Below, piece by piece: positions 1 through 13,253 of a DNA stretch of 64,000 nt. This stretch comes from Lingula anatina. Its lineage: Eukaryota; Animalia; Brachiopoda. The stretch spans positions 16,506,567 through 16,570,566 of the forward strand of contig CM120649.1 of NCBI GenBank assembly GCA_051362555.1. Reading direction: 5' to 3'. The notes under the pieces are model-generated. The model saw only the letters and a list, made by a program, of their open reading frames with translations. It ran no database searches and was not told the origin of the DNA. The position numbers and the translations under genes were made by a program. Within the stretch, counting starts at the first letter, position 1. Each line of letters begins with the position of its first letter.

Positions 1-1270
1 ACAGAAAAAATTGTCCAGTACAATATGGGTACTTCCTCGCTAGTAAATAGTTATATCTCTACATGACATTTTTCATACAGTTAGTAATCTTACTTATATA
101 ACTATTTTTATAAAGAAATAACTAAAGGATATACAAGAAAATTACAACAAATCTACATCTATTTTTACGACCCAAATAAAGATAAAGACAAAAATAAAGT
201 AAACATATAGACCACTGTTAAAGAATAATATTATATCACGGCTCACTAGGACTACACTGGATTTTAGATACTAAATACTATAACTTAACGACAAAGAACT
301 CTGGTCCTAGTTCCATATCTCACTCTTAGTATTATGCCAGTAACCAATCTGTCACTTTTTAAGGGGAGGGGGCATGGTTTGACCAGTAGACAACAATTAC
401 TCATTCCAATCTTTCAAGTCAAGATAGAATTTCAGATTCAGCCTCTAACAAGGGGAAAAAACATTATACAGGAGCACATTTCACACTCTCGTGTCTGCAA
501 AATATCTCTGTAGTTGGAAGAGGCAAAGAGTAGAGAAAGGAACAATATCTGACACCCCCCCCCCCCCCCCCCCCCACTTCTCTTTTCTATCCTAGATCCA
601 TCACTGTGAAATGTGGGATAAAAGATAGAATGTTTTGTATTGGGATGCTAACATTTTTAATTTCAATTTTGGGGCTAAATTCCCCTTTGCTGTCGTACCA
701 ACATCTTTTTTTTTTTTCAAGATTTTTTACACTAAAATTAATTTGTTTTTCTTTTTTTCACACCAAGCAGAACTCATTCTTAGGCACAGCACCAGGGTTA
801 AGCCGAGACTTCTAAAGTGAGACTTTTAGTCAGGGAAAGTCCCTGTGACAAATCTATCTTCTTCTAGAATTTACTGCCAAAATCCATCACAATATTCAGA
901 ACCCATGTAATACTGGAAAGTTATACTGTACAATTGCTCTCAGCACTACAATGTGAAACTTGAAAATAAGTGCATCAATTCAAGAATTTACATACATACA
1001 TACATATATTCTCACATACTACACTCTGTGTTGCTTCAGAATTTTAAACATTCCCATATCACTGGGCATACTTAACCACAAGACATGCCTGTATGTGTAT
1101 ATGTTTTTTTTGTGTGCGTGCATGTGTGCGTGCATGTGTGTGTTTGGGTCACATCCTGAGCATACCCTTTTCAAACACAGAAAGAAAGAAACAGTCAAAA
1201 TGGGATGCCTGCTGTCATAATGAGCTTAAAACAGAGATGTCATTATTATCATACTAGTATGCCACCAGGG

Positions 1271-1575
1271 GGAGCCTGTTTCACAAGTCTGAAGTTCTTG
1301 GCTCAAGCTTAGACTGCTCAACCATGATAGCCGACTATGTAAGGTTCATGATGCAACATTAGTGTAAGAGTTATATAATAATATCTAGCTAATGATCTTT
1401 TGTCAGCTTTTGTTGAGACGATCCTAATTTGCTGCAAGGGCTCAGCTGAAAGACTGAATTATAATGAGTTTTCTAAATTTTTTTGGAAACGCAACAAAGA
1501 CAACCCAGTGTTAGTAGTAAGAAAATGATTTTAGCCCCCAAAATTGACTTTTAAACGATTTGTGAAACAGGACCC
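1271..1575. mobile_element. Probable MITE (Harbinger-like termini) downstream of, or in the 3' UTR of, the USP gene
   Basis: Imperfect terminal inverted repeat GGAGCCTGTTTCACAAGTC (1271) / GATTTGTGAAACAGGACCC (ends ~1575). A similar terminus GAGCCTGTTTCACAAA occurs at ~23185. Confidence 0.5.
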
Positions 1576-1902
1576 AGTATTACTGAATGTGTGGGTCTCT
1601 TCTTCAGTAAACATCTCTGTATTCTACCAATGAGTACACATCACTTGTCTGTCACTTCAAAGCACCTGAACCAACTGTAATCTCAATACTTAGCCATATC
1701 TTACATCATAGCACCCGAGTTGTATCTCCAGAATCCTGACAGAGTTTCCACATTTTTCATTTTTACCCAAGTCACAATTTTTGATTGAGATAAATCCAAA
1801 AACCCAGCCATTTTTTTCCCATTTTTTCAGTCTGTGAGAATTTTTCCTTCTCCACTGTCAACCTTTTTACCCATTACAATTTGAGTCATTCTTCTTTCTC
1901 AT

Positions 1903-4900
1903 TCACTCTAAGCCTTCTACAGCACCGCCCCCTACTGGCTCGGCATCACCTTCCCCATAGGTGCCGCCACCAGTCTTGGTCCTTGAATCACTTCCTGCAG
2001 CAATACCTCCCCCACGCCCATTATCTCCGACCACTGTGTCTTGACTGCCTCGCTCGCTGCCCAGATCATCTGTACTTGTGCCCACATCCTTGGGTCTGGC
2101 GTCATCTCGTTTCTGTCCATCTCTTGCCAAGTCGTCCAGTATTCGGCTGATGGTCTCCTGTGTGATTGGCTGATACGGCACCATCTGAAGATCTGGGCCG
2201 ACCTTGCTCGTTACCAGTGTCAGAGGAGGAGGCACTGGCTTACGGAAGTTGACGAGAGTGCCTGATAAAAGAAAAATTACAATGAATTATTTCTTCAAAC
2301 AATGTACCATTATACTGTTCACTATAGGACCAGGGATAAGGCTGTTCTGATACCAAAGATGTTCCAGCCATATACTTCTTTATTCAGTCATTTGTTAGAA
2401 CTTAAAAATTAAATCATCATTAAGTGCAATGTGAAAAAAAATCTTAATTTTCGCATCAGAAAGAAAACGGTTTTCAATCTATTCATTCAACTACCACCCA
2501 TTCAAAAATTCAACACTATTTTCAGTTGGATCTAAACTTGGGGTCGGATGTTAAAACCAAGTGCAAAAAATTAAAATCAGAGTCGCCTACCTTTTCTCTG
2601 GTAGAACAGGATGTAAGCATTGCTGTAGTCATCCTCAGTGGGCCTCTGCTCTGTGACCAGTTCATCATTGTAGTAAGACCACCTGTTCAGCTGAGGGTGC
2701 TTGCTGTAGGCTGTGTAGTGCCCTGCTGTCACACCTGGAGCAGTAATGGGAGGGTCAAGGTTGATTCAGGGTCAAGGTCAATACAAGGTCAAGGTCAGTG
2801 AAAGGTCAATACAGATGAAAAATTAGCAAAATGCTGCTGTGTATGATGCCGACTCAATAAATTAAATTGCAAAAACAAACAAACAAAAATCTATTTATAC
2901 CCTAACAAATGACAAGTTCAAAGTTGAATGTAAGTTATAAATCATCTGAATAAATTTACCTCCAAAATGGCAAACACAGGCGTGGAGATCAAAGGTCAGA
3001 TCATGTGTCTGTGGTCCTGAGATAAAAGTGGACAGGTCAAGGTCCTCCACTGGAAAGGAGACCTTGGTGTCTATCTTTGTGCTGGTTCGTTCGTGGAACA
3101 CAAACCTAAGGGAACACAGGGTTTTTATGATAAATATTGTGCAACATGATAAACATGAATAACTCTGATACTGGAACTTGCATCTAGCAGAATACAGGAT
3201 CTTTTGAAAAACATTCCATTACTGATGAATCAATATCATAAATGCCCCTTTTGGTTACAAGTTTAGGCTCAACAGAATGAGCACTGACTTGGGTTACACT
3301 ACTTTCATATTCTCCCCACAACTTTCTGAATGTCCTCACCTTTTTAGATAGACCACCAAGGTATCCGGGAGACTCCACACTGTCATGGACTTCCTGGCAC
3401 ACTGATTTCTCTTGCAGCAGGGACAAAACCAGGGATTGTGTTCATCAAGGACTTCACTGGAGAGTATAGAGAGATGAAATCAATTTTTAAACACAAGGTG
3501 TTGTGTTCCTTACAATTTCATTGGAAAGAACTATGGTTTTTGAAAGAATCTGACATGACACACTTAACTTACAATTAAAAGAATTTGCATAAGTGGCACA
3601 AATGCGTAATTTTCAATTACCCCTCCGACAACCTCATTTAAGTTACTCAATCTTTTTTTTTTTTTTCTTTTGCCATTGATTAAAATAGTACATAGTGCAT
3701 GCCACTTAAATAAAATTCTACACACATCAAGACACCATAGCAACACTCCAAACATCTTTCAACTATGAGTCAAACATAACTTTTCTCGACAATAAATGTC
3801 AGCACAATATTACACACCTTCAAGACAAGCTCACCTCTCAGTAAATGCCTCAAAGCATTCAAATAGTGTTAAAGGCCTGTTAGGTCGTAGCAGCTCCATG
3901 GATTTGTGGTCAAGGCAGTGCAGGGCAGTGTCCAGTTGATCCTGGGAGATCTCGGTGTACCTCACGGCCAGGTGGTCACTGGGAGCGAAGTGGACCTCCC
4001 CCTCACGAGGGATCTCACAACCACGACAGTGGTCAGTAAACATGCAGCGTGCACAACGGTAGCCCTGAAAAGGTCAAAATATCACTGGTGTTCGTGAATT
4101 TTTTCTATGAAAGGCAAGTAAATATAATCTTATTTATTTTATTTTTATTACAACTTCTGTACAAAAGTTAGAAAGTTGATAAGGTATAAACATATGACTA
4201 TTATCACCCTTTTTCGTAATTTAAAATATATACACTTTCTAAAAATGTCATTGTAAAATATTTTTATTAGATATCAATATTTATTTTCAAGGGACAATCA
4301 AAATCCTCTTTATTTTCTGATTCATTCTCTAACACACCGGCCTCCATAATTTAAATACAATCTATGTACCTCCTGCAATAATACAGACTTAATTTGGAAA
4401 AAAATATATACACATTAAAAAAAAAAACTGGAGTTGCCACCCTACCTGTCCATCTGTAAGCAATAAAGAATAGGTCCCAATGAAGGGAGCTGTCCTGTCC
4501 ACCAAATCATAGAGACGGTCAGCGGTGAGGTCACTGGGGACATACAGGATGTTAGGGTGACCAAATAGGGTCATTTTGACCTCCCCGTCACTGGGGTCAA
4601 CCTGGTCGTATCTGTACAACACAGGCATAGAGAGGATCCTGAAATATTGAAAAATTAAGGTAATTTTCCCTAGAATCATGGCATTACTGATATGAACTGA
4701 TATTTCGATACAAAATTAATATTTCACCTTGCATACTTTCTGTTCAGCCAAATGAAATGCCAACATGGGTGATATCCAAAGGACAGTGGTTCTTTTTTCT
4801 CTCAACATCTATTTTTCATTTCTTTCCCATTCACAATTATTATATAATAATGTCCTAAATGGTGAGCTTTGAAAGAGATATCTTTGTTCCGAGGTCACGT

Positions 4901-4963
4901 AATGAAAGCCAGGTGATGTATTTATGTTCAATTTATTGTTTGTGGTGCGTGCATGTCTGTGAA

Positions 4964-5006
<43 letters not shown>

Positions 5007-8000
5007 GTATTCACCTAACGTTAGGTCCTCCGTCCCCCACACTGCTCAGCACCACAAAATCTTCCGCAGGTTTCACAGCACAGGAACAAACCTGTCAACG
5101 TCAGTCGGTGAAATATGACCATTTAATATATCAAATTCAAATCAAGACTGATAGCTTAATAACATGGAAAGTTCTAACTAAACTGGAACTAAACTGATAA
5201 TTCTACTGTATTTGACAAAGCAATCTGTAAGGAATAACTGAGTAATAAAAGAGGATTTGAAAGGTTTGGTGAGTGACACAAATTCAGCACACTTACTGGA
5301 CAATTCAGAGCTGCTTCCCCATAATGTTTGAATGACATCTGAAATTGAAGAAAACAAAATCAATTTCGCAGCAAAAGGAAAAATGGCATACTTTACCATC
5401 AGTACCATTAGCTTCATCATTCCCATTTTGCTAGTAAGCAGGGATCAAGATCAACTTCACAGAGTTTAACTCTGGACAAACAGACAAGTCCAGATATAAA
5501 ATTGGAAAATTTCATAGTTCATAGCCATAACCATAAGTTTCATCATTCCAAAGTGCAAAGTAGTTATCAATATCAAAGTCATGAAAAACACCCTCAGACA
5601 GGCATTTTTAGTTCAGATAAATTCTATTCATTTAAAATTGGTCTTTACATAAGCCTGGTCACTTGACTGACATTGGCAGTGACCTCACCTCTAGACAAGG
5701 TTGACACAGAGTTCCCCCACAGCTGAGGTGAACCAGTAATTCCGAGTCCACCATTTCCTCCAGGCAGATTGCACAAGTCTTCCACTGCTGCGTGGACAGA
5801 TTAATACAACTCGTCTTGGGTGCCAGGCTGTCATTATCAACAGAATCGCCGCAATTTCTACTGTCTTCGGGGCTGGCGGAACCTTTCCAAACGTCAGGAC
5901 CAGACGAGAAGTCACCGCTGCGCGAGTTGTTGTCATCACTACCCCAAGTGGCATTGCTGTCATCCCCCGCTCCCGTGGCAGAAGACGGAAATGCTCCCCA
6001 GATGGCATCACTGGTGACATCTAGTGGATTCCTCTGCAGTCCGAACCCAGAGTCCAATGATGGCCCTCCTTCCATGTCTTTACTGTCTCCGTCCAAGTCT
6101 CCCTGGCTACCCTGCCACACCCCTCCCCCACTCACTGTTCCTGAGGGTGAGAAATAATTCTGATTCTCTATGTCATCAGGGTCCCAGTTTAGTGGCTTCG
6201 AATCCTCTGTGGTTGGCCACAAATCCGAGTCCGTACCCTTATTCACTGCACTGTTGTCCCTTACATCACTTTCCCTGTATGCCGTAGAGGTGGACGGAAT
6301 AGGATCATCCCATCGAACGTCGGATGAGTCCTCACTCGGAGCCCTGCCCTGGGCGGCACTGGCTTTATTATGGGGCGCCTGTAGTCCCCAGTAACCCATG
6401 TTAGCAAACACATCGCCTCCGCCACTGCTGCAACCCGCCATAGAGACACCAGCTCTCAGTGGGGCTGTGTTGTTCATGACCGGGGTGACATCACCAGTTT
6501 CTGTGCTGATGTCATTGTTTTCTGTGCTTATGTCATCAAACTGTGGGGCTGGTGGCATCTCGAAGGCGTACACCTTCCTGTTGTGGTCATTTAAATAGCG
6601 CAGCATTGTGTTCTCATCCTGAAATAAGACATTAATCAGATATCTTTTATTCAGAACTAAAATGATGGCATACAATGGAGAAAGTGAACTGTTCATTTAT
6701 TTTTAATTTTTGTCTCATCACGAAAAGTTTCTTGCTGTCAGCTTTATGCTTCCTGTCACAGCAAGAGGCAATGTCTCTCTGGAGGTGTATGCAGCAAATA
6801 AAAGTGGTCCATTTATTTCATTTTAAACAATCTGACCAATTCATAATGTGAGGATCTTTTATTGTCCAACTCCCATTCTTAGTTAAGGCACACAATATCA
6901 ATCGACAAGCACCAATATCTATTTTTTCCCTAAATTCAGACAAAAAAATCTTACCACAATTCTTGCGACATGATTTTCTAGCACCTCAGCAATTATGAGA
7001 TCACATGACTCATCTAAGCCAATCATAGTCCTCAATCCCTCCTTCAGTTTCCTGATACAATCTCCCTTGAACAGTGTTAAACAATAGCGTACTGGGTGTT
7101 TGCTCTCGCTGGCCACATATGTCACAACTGAAAATAAAAGTAGTAAAACATATACAAGTATTAATACTAGTACAACCATATTATATCAAAACAATATACA
7201 TGTCAACACAAGATAAACTTGTCATTCAAATTCTATGCAAAAATCGAATTTCACAGTTTTTCTTTCATTTAGATTCTTTTATACAAACTCAACTTCAGAC
7301 TTTTGACTCTTAGGTTACTTTAATGCTATCTGTTATGCATTCTCAGCTGCTTATTCAGAAATTAAATTGCTCTGTGTATAACTTCTAAAGTATTAACTTG
7401 AAATCAAAAGGATATAACTGTATTTAAACAAACAGAAAAAAGTCGATCATCTTACTTATCTGCCTCTCCATTGCCCTGGGGAGGGGCACAGACAGGTACA
7501 TGAAGGGTTCAAAGGTCACAGATATATGCTGACACTCCTCACAAATCACCTGAAAGTCAAACATGGACAATTAATTAAGATGATGTCCGCCATATTCATC
7601 AACTGGTCTCATGAATCATGCACCCACTACATTTGCAAGAGAGACCGAACAAAGGATGAGTGAAACAGCAATTTTAGCATTTGATACTGTAGCTAAGAAA
7701 TTTTGACAGCAAGAGCTTCCTGAAACCAGTGCATCAGGAATGGTAGTAATAAATAGAAGACACGGTCCCAGATGATTGGTAAGAGTTGAGGTACTTTTCC
7801 AATTGTCAGTCACTGGCTGATTCTCCAAATCTTTTCAAATCAAAACAGATATTTCTTAACATCTCAATAACAGAGATGAAAGTGGACTGTAATTCAAATA
7901 CTAGTAAATGCTGAAAATGCTAGTGCTTAATGAGTGCAGGCATATATGAAAAGTTGAGGGAGGGATGCCCCTGAAAAATTCTGAACAGGTATTTTTTTTA

Positions 8001-11000
8001 CAAATATCTGAGTTTCCAGATAAATCCAGAAGCCTTTCATCTCTGCCACAAAAACCATGACCAAACAAAGACCAAATCATACTCACAGTGCTCTTGAATT
8101 GGCCCTGAAATGTGTCCACAATCACGCTCTTGTTCTGACTCAGATACTCCTTCCACGATTTTTCCGCCGCTTCAACATAGCGATGATGCTCTAGTGACTC
8201 ATTTTTAGAAGCCACTGTGTTTTTCAAATCTGTCCCTATCACATGGTCAGAATTGCTAGCCTCCTCGGGGGAGACGCCCCATGCTCCTTCTTCTGAAGCC
8301 ATAGGAGAGCCCTGATCTGATTGGTCCATTTCAAGGTCAAGGTCTCTTGTTGGATTCTTGGCTGTAATGACTTTGCGTTTTAATTGTCTAGTCTTGTGCC
8401 CTTTGTGTCTCTCTTCCTCAATTTTTATCCTTTTAATGTTATTAATACTGTTATCATCACCTTCGTTGTTTGCTTTATTATGCTGAGCGTAACCATCTCC
8501 GTCAAGATCACGAAATATATTGGTCATTTTTATCCTCTTCGGCGTGTGTTTTTCTACCTCCATCATCTCTTCGTCCAGGGTATTCTGGGCCATTTCCTGC
8601 TCGTGCTGTCGGTTGTCGTGCTTGGCAAACTTCTCGCTGTCTGTCTGCACCTCCTCTACCATGAACTCCTTAGCGAGCACGTTGACGTTTTTCGTCTTCG
8701 TGTCCTTCATGTACATCTCTTCCAGACCAACGAGACGGATTGAATGAGCTTTGTTGTTTGAGATCACGTTTTTCTCCAGTTTATTGTTAGACAAAGATGG
8801 ATCCGTAATCATGGTCACAGATTTTGGATCCAGAGCCGGACTCTCTGTCAGCGCCCTCTTTTTAATATCCTCCGGCACTGCCTGCATCCTGTACGAGGAG
8901 TTCTCCAAAAGCTTGTGAGAGTCCGAGCTCTGCAGGGAGGCAGATGAGTGATTGCTGTCCTCGGAATGAAGGTGACTAAGACTATCCACTGGGGACTGAG
9001 ACTGACTGTGGGCAGCCACCAGACGGTCAGTATCCTCCACCATGGCGTCCAGCTGGTCACCCTCCGTCCCAATCTCTGTGATGTCCGACTGATTGTCTGT
9101 CATCACGTCGGACTGATTGGTGCCAGCGTCAGTCACGTCTGATTGGTCATCTCTGATTGCATCTGATGATTGGTCAGTATTTGTTTCCATGGTATCCATG
9201 GTAGCAGGCTCTGTTTCAATGGTGTCATGGACAATATTGGTCTCCATGGAAACAGGGTCTACATTTGAGCATTTGATTTGTTGATTGACGGCAACTCCAG
9301 CCCCTGCATTAGAAGTTGTCACCCCCTCTTCTGTGGACAGCTTGGCAGCCCGTGTTGTATTGTTCTGTGGGGACGCCACATTCAGCTGTTCATGCAGTGT
9401 GTCGAGAAGAAGGGCCAGGAATTCCTGGCAGTCATGCTGAAACAATGGAAGACAGGTATAAGAGATGAGACCTCTAAACAAAGGTGCAATAACATTTCCC
9501 AATTCTCAACATTTACACAAAATCCAAGAATCATTTATAAGTCACAAAATGGGACTTCTCCCAAATGAAAATGCCACGTTGAGTAATTTTCCAAAATGAA
9601 AACACCCTTTCTAAATACCAGGTTGGGAAATAAAAACATGGCAACTGAAAACAAAACTAAACTACATCTTGAAGACAGGAGTTTTAACAGGTGCTACTAA
9701 CCTGCCTGAAGTCCCTGAACTGAGGATGATACATGCCCAGGATCTCCTTGAAGTCCAGAGGGTATATCCCTGAGAACTGTCCACACCAGACTTTGTGGAG
9801 GAGATGACAGAACTTGCCTGTCAGCGTACTGTCCTCAGTCAGACTCTTTCCCTGGACCTGGGGAAATTGATAGTGAAGTTTGATATTAAATTTTCAGTTT
9901 TGCCCAAGAAAGTTATTAAGTTGAAAGGGAACTTACCAAAGTGGAGATTTAAAAACAATTCTCTCATTCTATTGTTTGTAATTGCTTCTTAGATTGACCA
10001 ATTGATAACAAAATAATCACGATTACACAATTTGACATTTTTTTTTAAACTTCAGAAATAAGCATGGACAAAACAATACCGATTCACTTCTCATATACAC
10101 ACATACCCCAATTTGACATTATTTATACTTTTTGTTGAAATGACTTTTGTTGTAAAAAACTATAACAACCAAACCAGACCCTGATTCACTTACATAATTC
10201 TCCACAAAGAACTTGACCAGGTAGGGGTTGCTGAGCACACACTGCAATCCCGAGTTCATGAAGCAGGTGTTGCCTAAGTTACGCAGACCACACACTCCCG
10301 GGGTGGCACTGGAATCTGAGGAGAGAAGAAGAATATGAGGAGGAGGATGCTTGGACTTTTTCAATGTATGACAGATGAAAATGTTATAATTGTTATTCTG
10401 TAAAAACTGTACAAGGCTAATGGGGGCACGGACTTGTAAATCATGCACTGCACAAGAAATGTATTTTTCACCATTACTACTTTCACTAGTGCGCTTGATT
10501 TGGTCTTAAAGTGCAATTTAAGATCACAGATTGTCTTACATGATCTTAAACCATGAGTAAGACCATTTCTGGTCTAACATCCAATTTTAAAAGTTGTCTC
10601 CCCTTACACATTCTCCTATTGTGAGCAGAGGTGTCCTCTATTGTGAGGGGAGGAAACTGCTTGACCACTTAAGTAGATGTTAGATCATTTTTGAACTTAA
10701 AAGCAGATTCAGTCCATTTGAAGACTACTGATGTAATGATAAAGATCGTGTAAGATCACTAGTGTTCTTAAATTGCACTTTAAGACCAAATCCAGCCCAC
10801 TAGTGTTTGCTCTGACTTATGGGAATAATTGTGTTGTTTTTTATGTATTTGTATATTTGGATAAAAAATAGCCCTCTTTTTTTGAACAGTCACTTATCTT
10901 ACCCTTTACATCCTTGCTGCAGGCGTCCTTCCCCTCTCCCTGAGCCTGAGGGCTGCTCTGGTGGCCCGGGGGGTAGTAGGAGGGTAACAGCTCCACACTG

Positions 11001-11487
11001 GGGGGTAAGTACAGCGACTTGGACAGGGGTTCATTGTTGGGGTCTGGACTGTTATTATGCTGGGCTGAAAACATTGGGTGTATTTTAAGGTTGGTTTTAG
11101 TCTACTGCTAATAAAAAATGTCCTTTCAGAATAGGAATTTATACTCTGCTTAATAATTTGAATCTTAATACGTGAATCTTCAAAACATGTTGATGACAGG
11201 ATTTTTTTTCTTGTTTCCCAACAACTTTTTTGGGTCATAAACTTATAAATTCTGTTAAAGAAAATTAAGATAAAGTGCAAATGGTTACATTCACACACTC
11301 AAGCACCACATTTAATTACACTTTGCCTACCTTTAGGTACAGTTACAGTGTTAACTGACTCGGTATAATACGGCAGCGGTATTGCAGTGTTTGGAGTCAG
11401 TGGTGATGGTGGTGACCCCTGGTGTGACGTTTCTGGTGCATCAGGTGTCGGGTCCACAGCAAGTTTGTTGTCCTCAGCAGCCGTCAT
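1903..11487 (-). CDS. Ubiquitin carboxyl-terminal hydrolase (USP family, USP4/11/15/32-like group) with long insertions and an internal RING-like finger; 16 coding exons, ~1483 aa
   Basis: Phase-consistent GT-AG exons: 11487-11331, 11064-10903, 10315-10194, 9857-9702, 9436-8087, 7549-7456, 7127-6955, 6618-5689, 5338-5297, 5091-5015, 4638-4446, 4064-3835, 3456-3340, 3105-2960, 2734-2591, 2261-1903. Motifs: Cys box [69 protein letters not shown], His box [29 protein letters not shown]. Catalytic residues are intact. Confidence 0.93.
4961..5006. repeat. (AAAT)n microsatellite; others at 14575-14616 (TTTA), 14841-14898 (CT/CA), 22694-22741 (AT), 43226-43289 (AAT), 51502-51536 (AT), 54247-54293 (CT)
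   Basis: Directly visible simple repeats, all intronic. Confidence 0.95.
10484..10805. mobile_element. Non-autonomous TIR element (MITE) in a USP intron
   Basis: ~38-bp inverted repeats CACTAGTGCGCTTGATTTGGTCTTAAAGTGCAATTTAAGA / TCTTAAATTGCACTTTAAGACCAAATCCAGCCCACTAGTG, flanked by TTT on both sides. Superfamily is ambiguous because CACTAGTG is palindromic (either terminus or 8-bp TSD). Confidence 0.8.
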
Positions 11488-12199
11488 TCTCAAAACTGGG
11501 AAATTAAATAAGGATGTATGAAACAGCAATTTTGCATAAATGCAAAGAAAAAAAAGGCATAAAAATTAGTGTGTTCAAAACATGTTATTTTAAGATCTTA
11601 ATACCACCATTAAATATAAATTCTCAGAAGGTGTGAATCTATAATGAAACGGCTTTATAAAGATTGCACCACAAACAGAATTTCTACTCCTAGTTTAACT
11701 TTGTCAAGGTATGGCAAGTCGAAGATCTTGTTTACATTCCCCCTACGGTTCCTCTTTATTCTTTAATACTTGAAAAACCAATTTCAGAAAAGCTTGCTGA
11801 TTAATGCAGATATCTAATTTCACAAATATGCTTATGTTTGAACTCGAACTTTTCCTGATCTATGTTATTAAAAGTTGAACAATCATTCACTTTCTCTTTC
11901 GGATACAATTTTTACCAGGGAATAAATAATACATTCTGGGTCTGTGCTTATTTCATTTTTGCTCTGAGTGGGAAAAACACCTGTTTTTTAATTAAGTGAT
12001 AGGTCCGTAAACATCGATGCATCCGCGACACTTTCTTATCTCCCATCTACTGATATAGTAAGAACAATAAGGATTAGGAAACCTACATCTCGTTCTTGAA
12101 ATTGATTGATTGTACATCAAAATCCAAGAACAGTTAGAGTAGAAATCACGCGATCATAAGTATCACATCGCATCGGTATGATATCAAGTACTTTGGACT

Positions 12200-12396
12200 T
12201 ACTTTCAGAAACCCTGCAGGTTTCTATTCTGCTTAGTATTTATGGTTTAATTGAGTTTCAAAATACTACGCTTCCTCATTCTTCTTTCTCTTGGTATCTA
12301 TTTGTACATGCGCATTGATGACTTCCGCCGGTTTCCTTTACACGCGCGCGTGCGCGAAAAACCCCGCGAAATATTGTGAAGATTGTGCAGGTAAGT
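12200..12396. promoter_or_regulatory. Bidirectional promoter region shared by the USP gene and RFC4, with two E2F-type sites
   Basis: Local CpG-rich patch with GCGCGAAAA (12352-12360) and CCGCGAAA (12364-12371), both TTT(T)CGCGS on the minus strand; ETS-like ACTTCCG (12321); NRF1-like TGCGCA (12309). Plus-strand donor CAG|GTAAGT at 12390/12391 and minus-strand donor GTAAGT at ~12197-12202 mark candidate non-coding first exons of each gene. Confidence 0.7.
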
Positions 12397-12460
12397 AGTG
12401 AACATTGTTTATGTCCGTTGTTTCCTTTTTAACCAACAGTAAGAACATTTACATAACACA

Positions 12461-12603
12461 CTTGTGTGAACGAGAAATATCTGATCAAAATGAGATGATT
12501 ATGGGACTGTGACAATGCACTAAGATGAGTCCCGACGTGTCTGTATTTACAAATAAACTTGAATCAGTGGATTAGAGAGAAGAGGATGTGTGTGTGTGCG
12601 CGC

Positions 12604-12634
<31 letters not shown>

Positions 12635-12913
12635 TGTGAAGGGGGAGACACACAGTATGTCAAAACAAACTTTGCACGTGTTAACATTTTCTTCTCTATG
12701 CTTGACACTGCTACAATATGATACTACTACTAATATCCACAGATTTTTGCCCATTGTCAGTCTCACATTTTCCTTGTAACTTGTAATGCTTGTGTGAACG
12801 AGAAATATCTGATCAAAATGAGATGATTATGGGACTGTGACAATGCACTAAGATGAGTCCCGACGTGTCTGTATTTACAAATAAACTTGAATCAGTGGAT
12901 TAGAGAGAAGAGG

Positions 12914-12950
<37 letters not shown>

Positions 12951-13098
12951 GGGGGAGACACAGTATGTCAAAACAAACTTTGCACGTGTTAACATTTTCT
13001 TCTCTATGCTTGACACTGCTACAATATGATACTACTACTAATATCCACAGATTTTTGCCCATTGTCAGTCTCACATTTTCCTTGTAACTTGTAATGCT
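12461..13098 (+). repeat. Tandem direct duplication (~328 + ~310 bp) in RFC4 intron 1
   Basis: Copies start CTTGTGTGAACGAGAAATATCTG at 12461 and 12789 and are identical apart from the internal (TG)n/(CG)n tract and one CA unit. The ORF track shows the same peptide twice. Confidence 0.92.
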
Positions 13099-13253
13099 GC
13101 AACAGTTTATTTTTCTTCATTCTTTTGTATGATAATGTGCAGGTCATATTGTGTACGAGACAGCCTTTCTGTTTTATCTTTCAGCCTGTCGCATATGTAA
13201 TACCTTATCTGCAATCAATCAAAACAGGAATCTGATTTTTACAGGTTTTCAAG

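Noticed and set aside
606-1220. Short hydrophobic ORFs at the window start
   Set aside because: Low-complexity T-rich and TG-repeat sequence, most likely USP 3' UTR or intergenic DNA.
5691-9568. Multiple antisense or alternative-frame ORFs over the large USP exons
   Set aside because: Shadow ORFs of GC-richer coding sequence with no recognisable domains or splice support.
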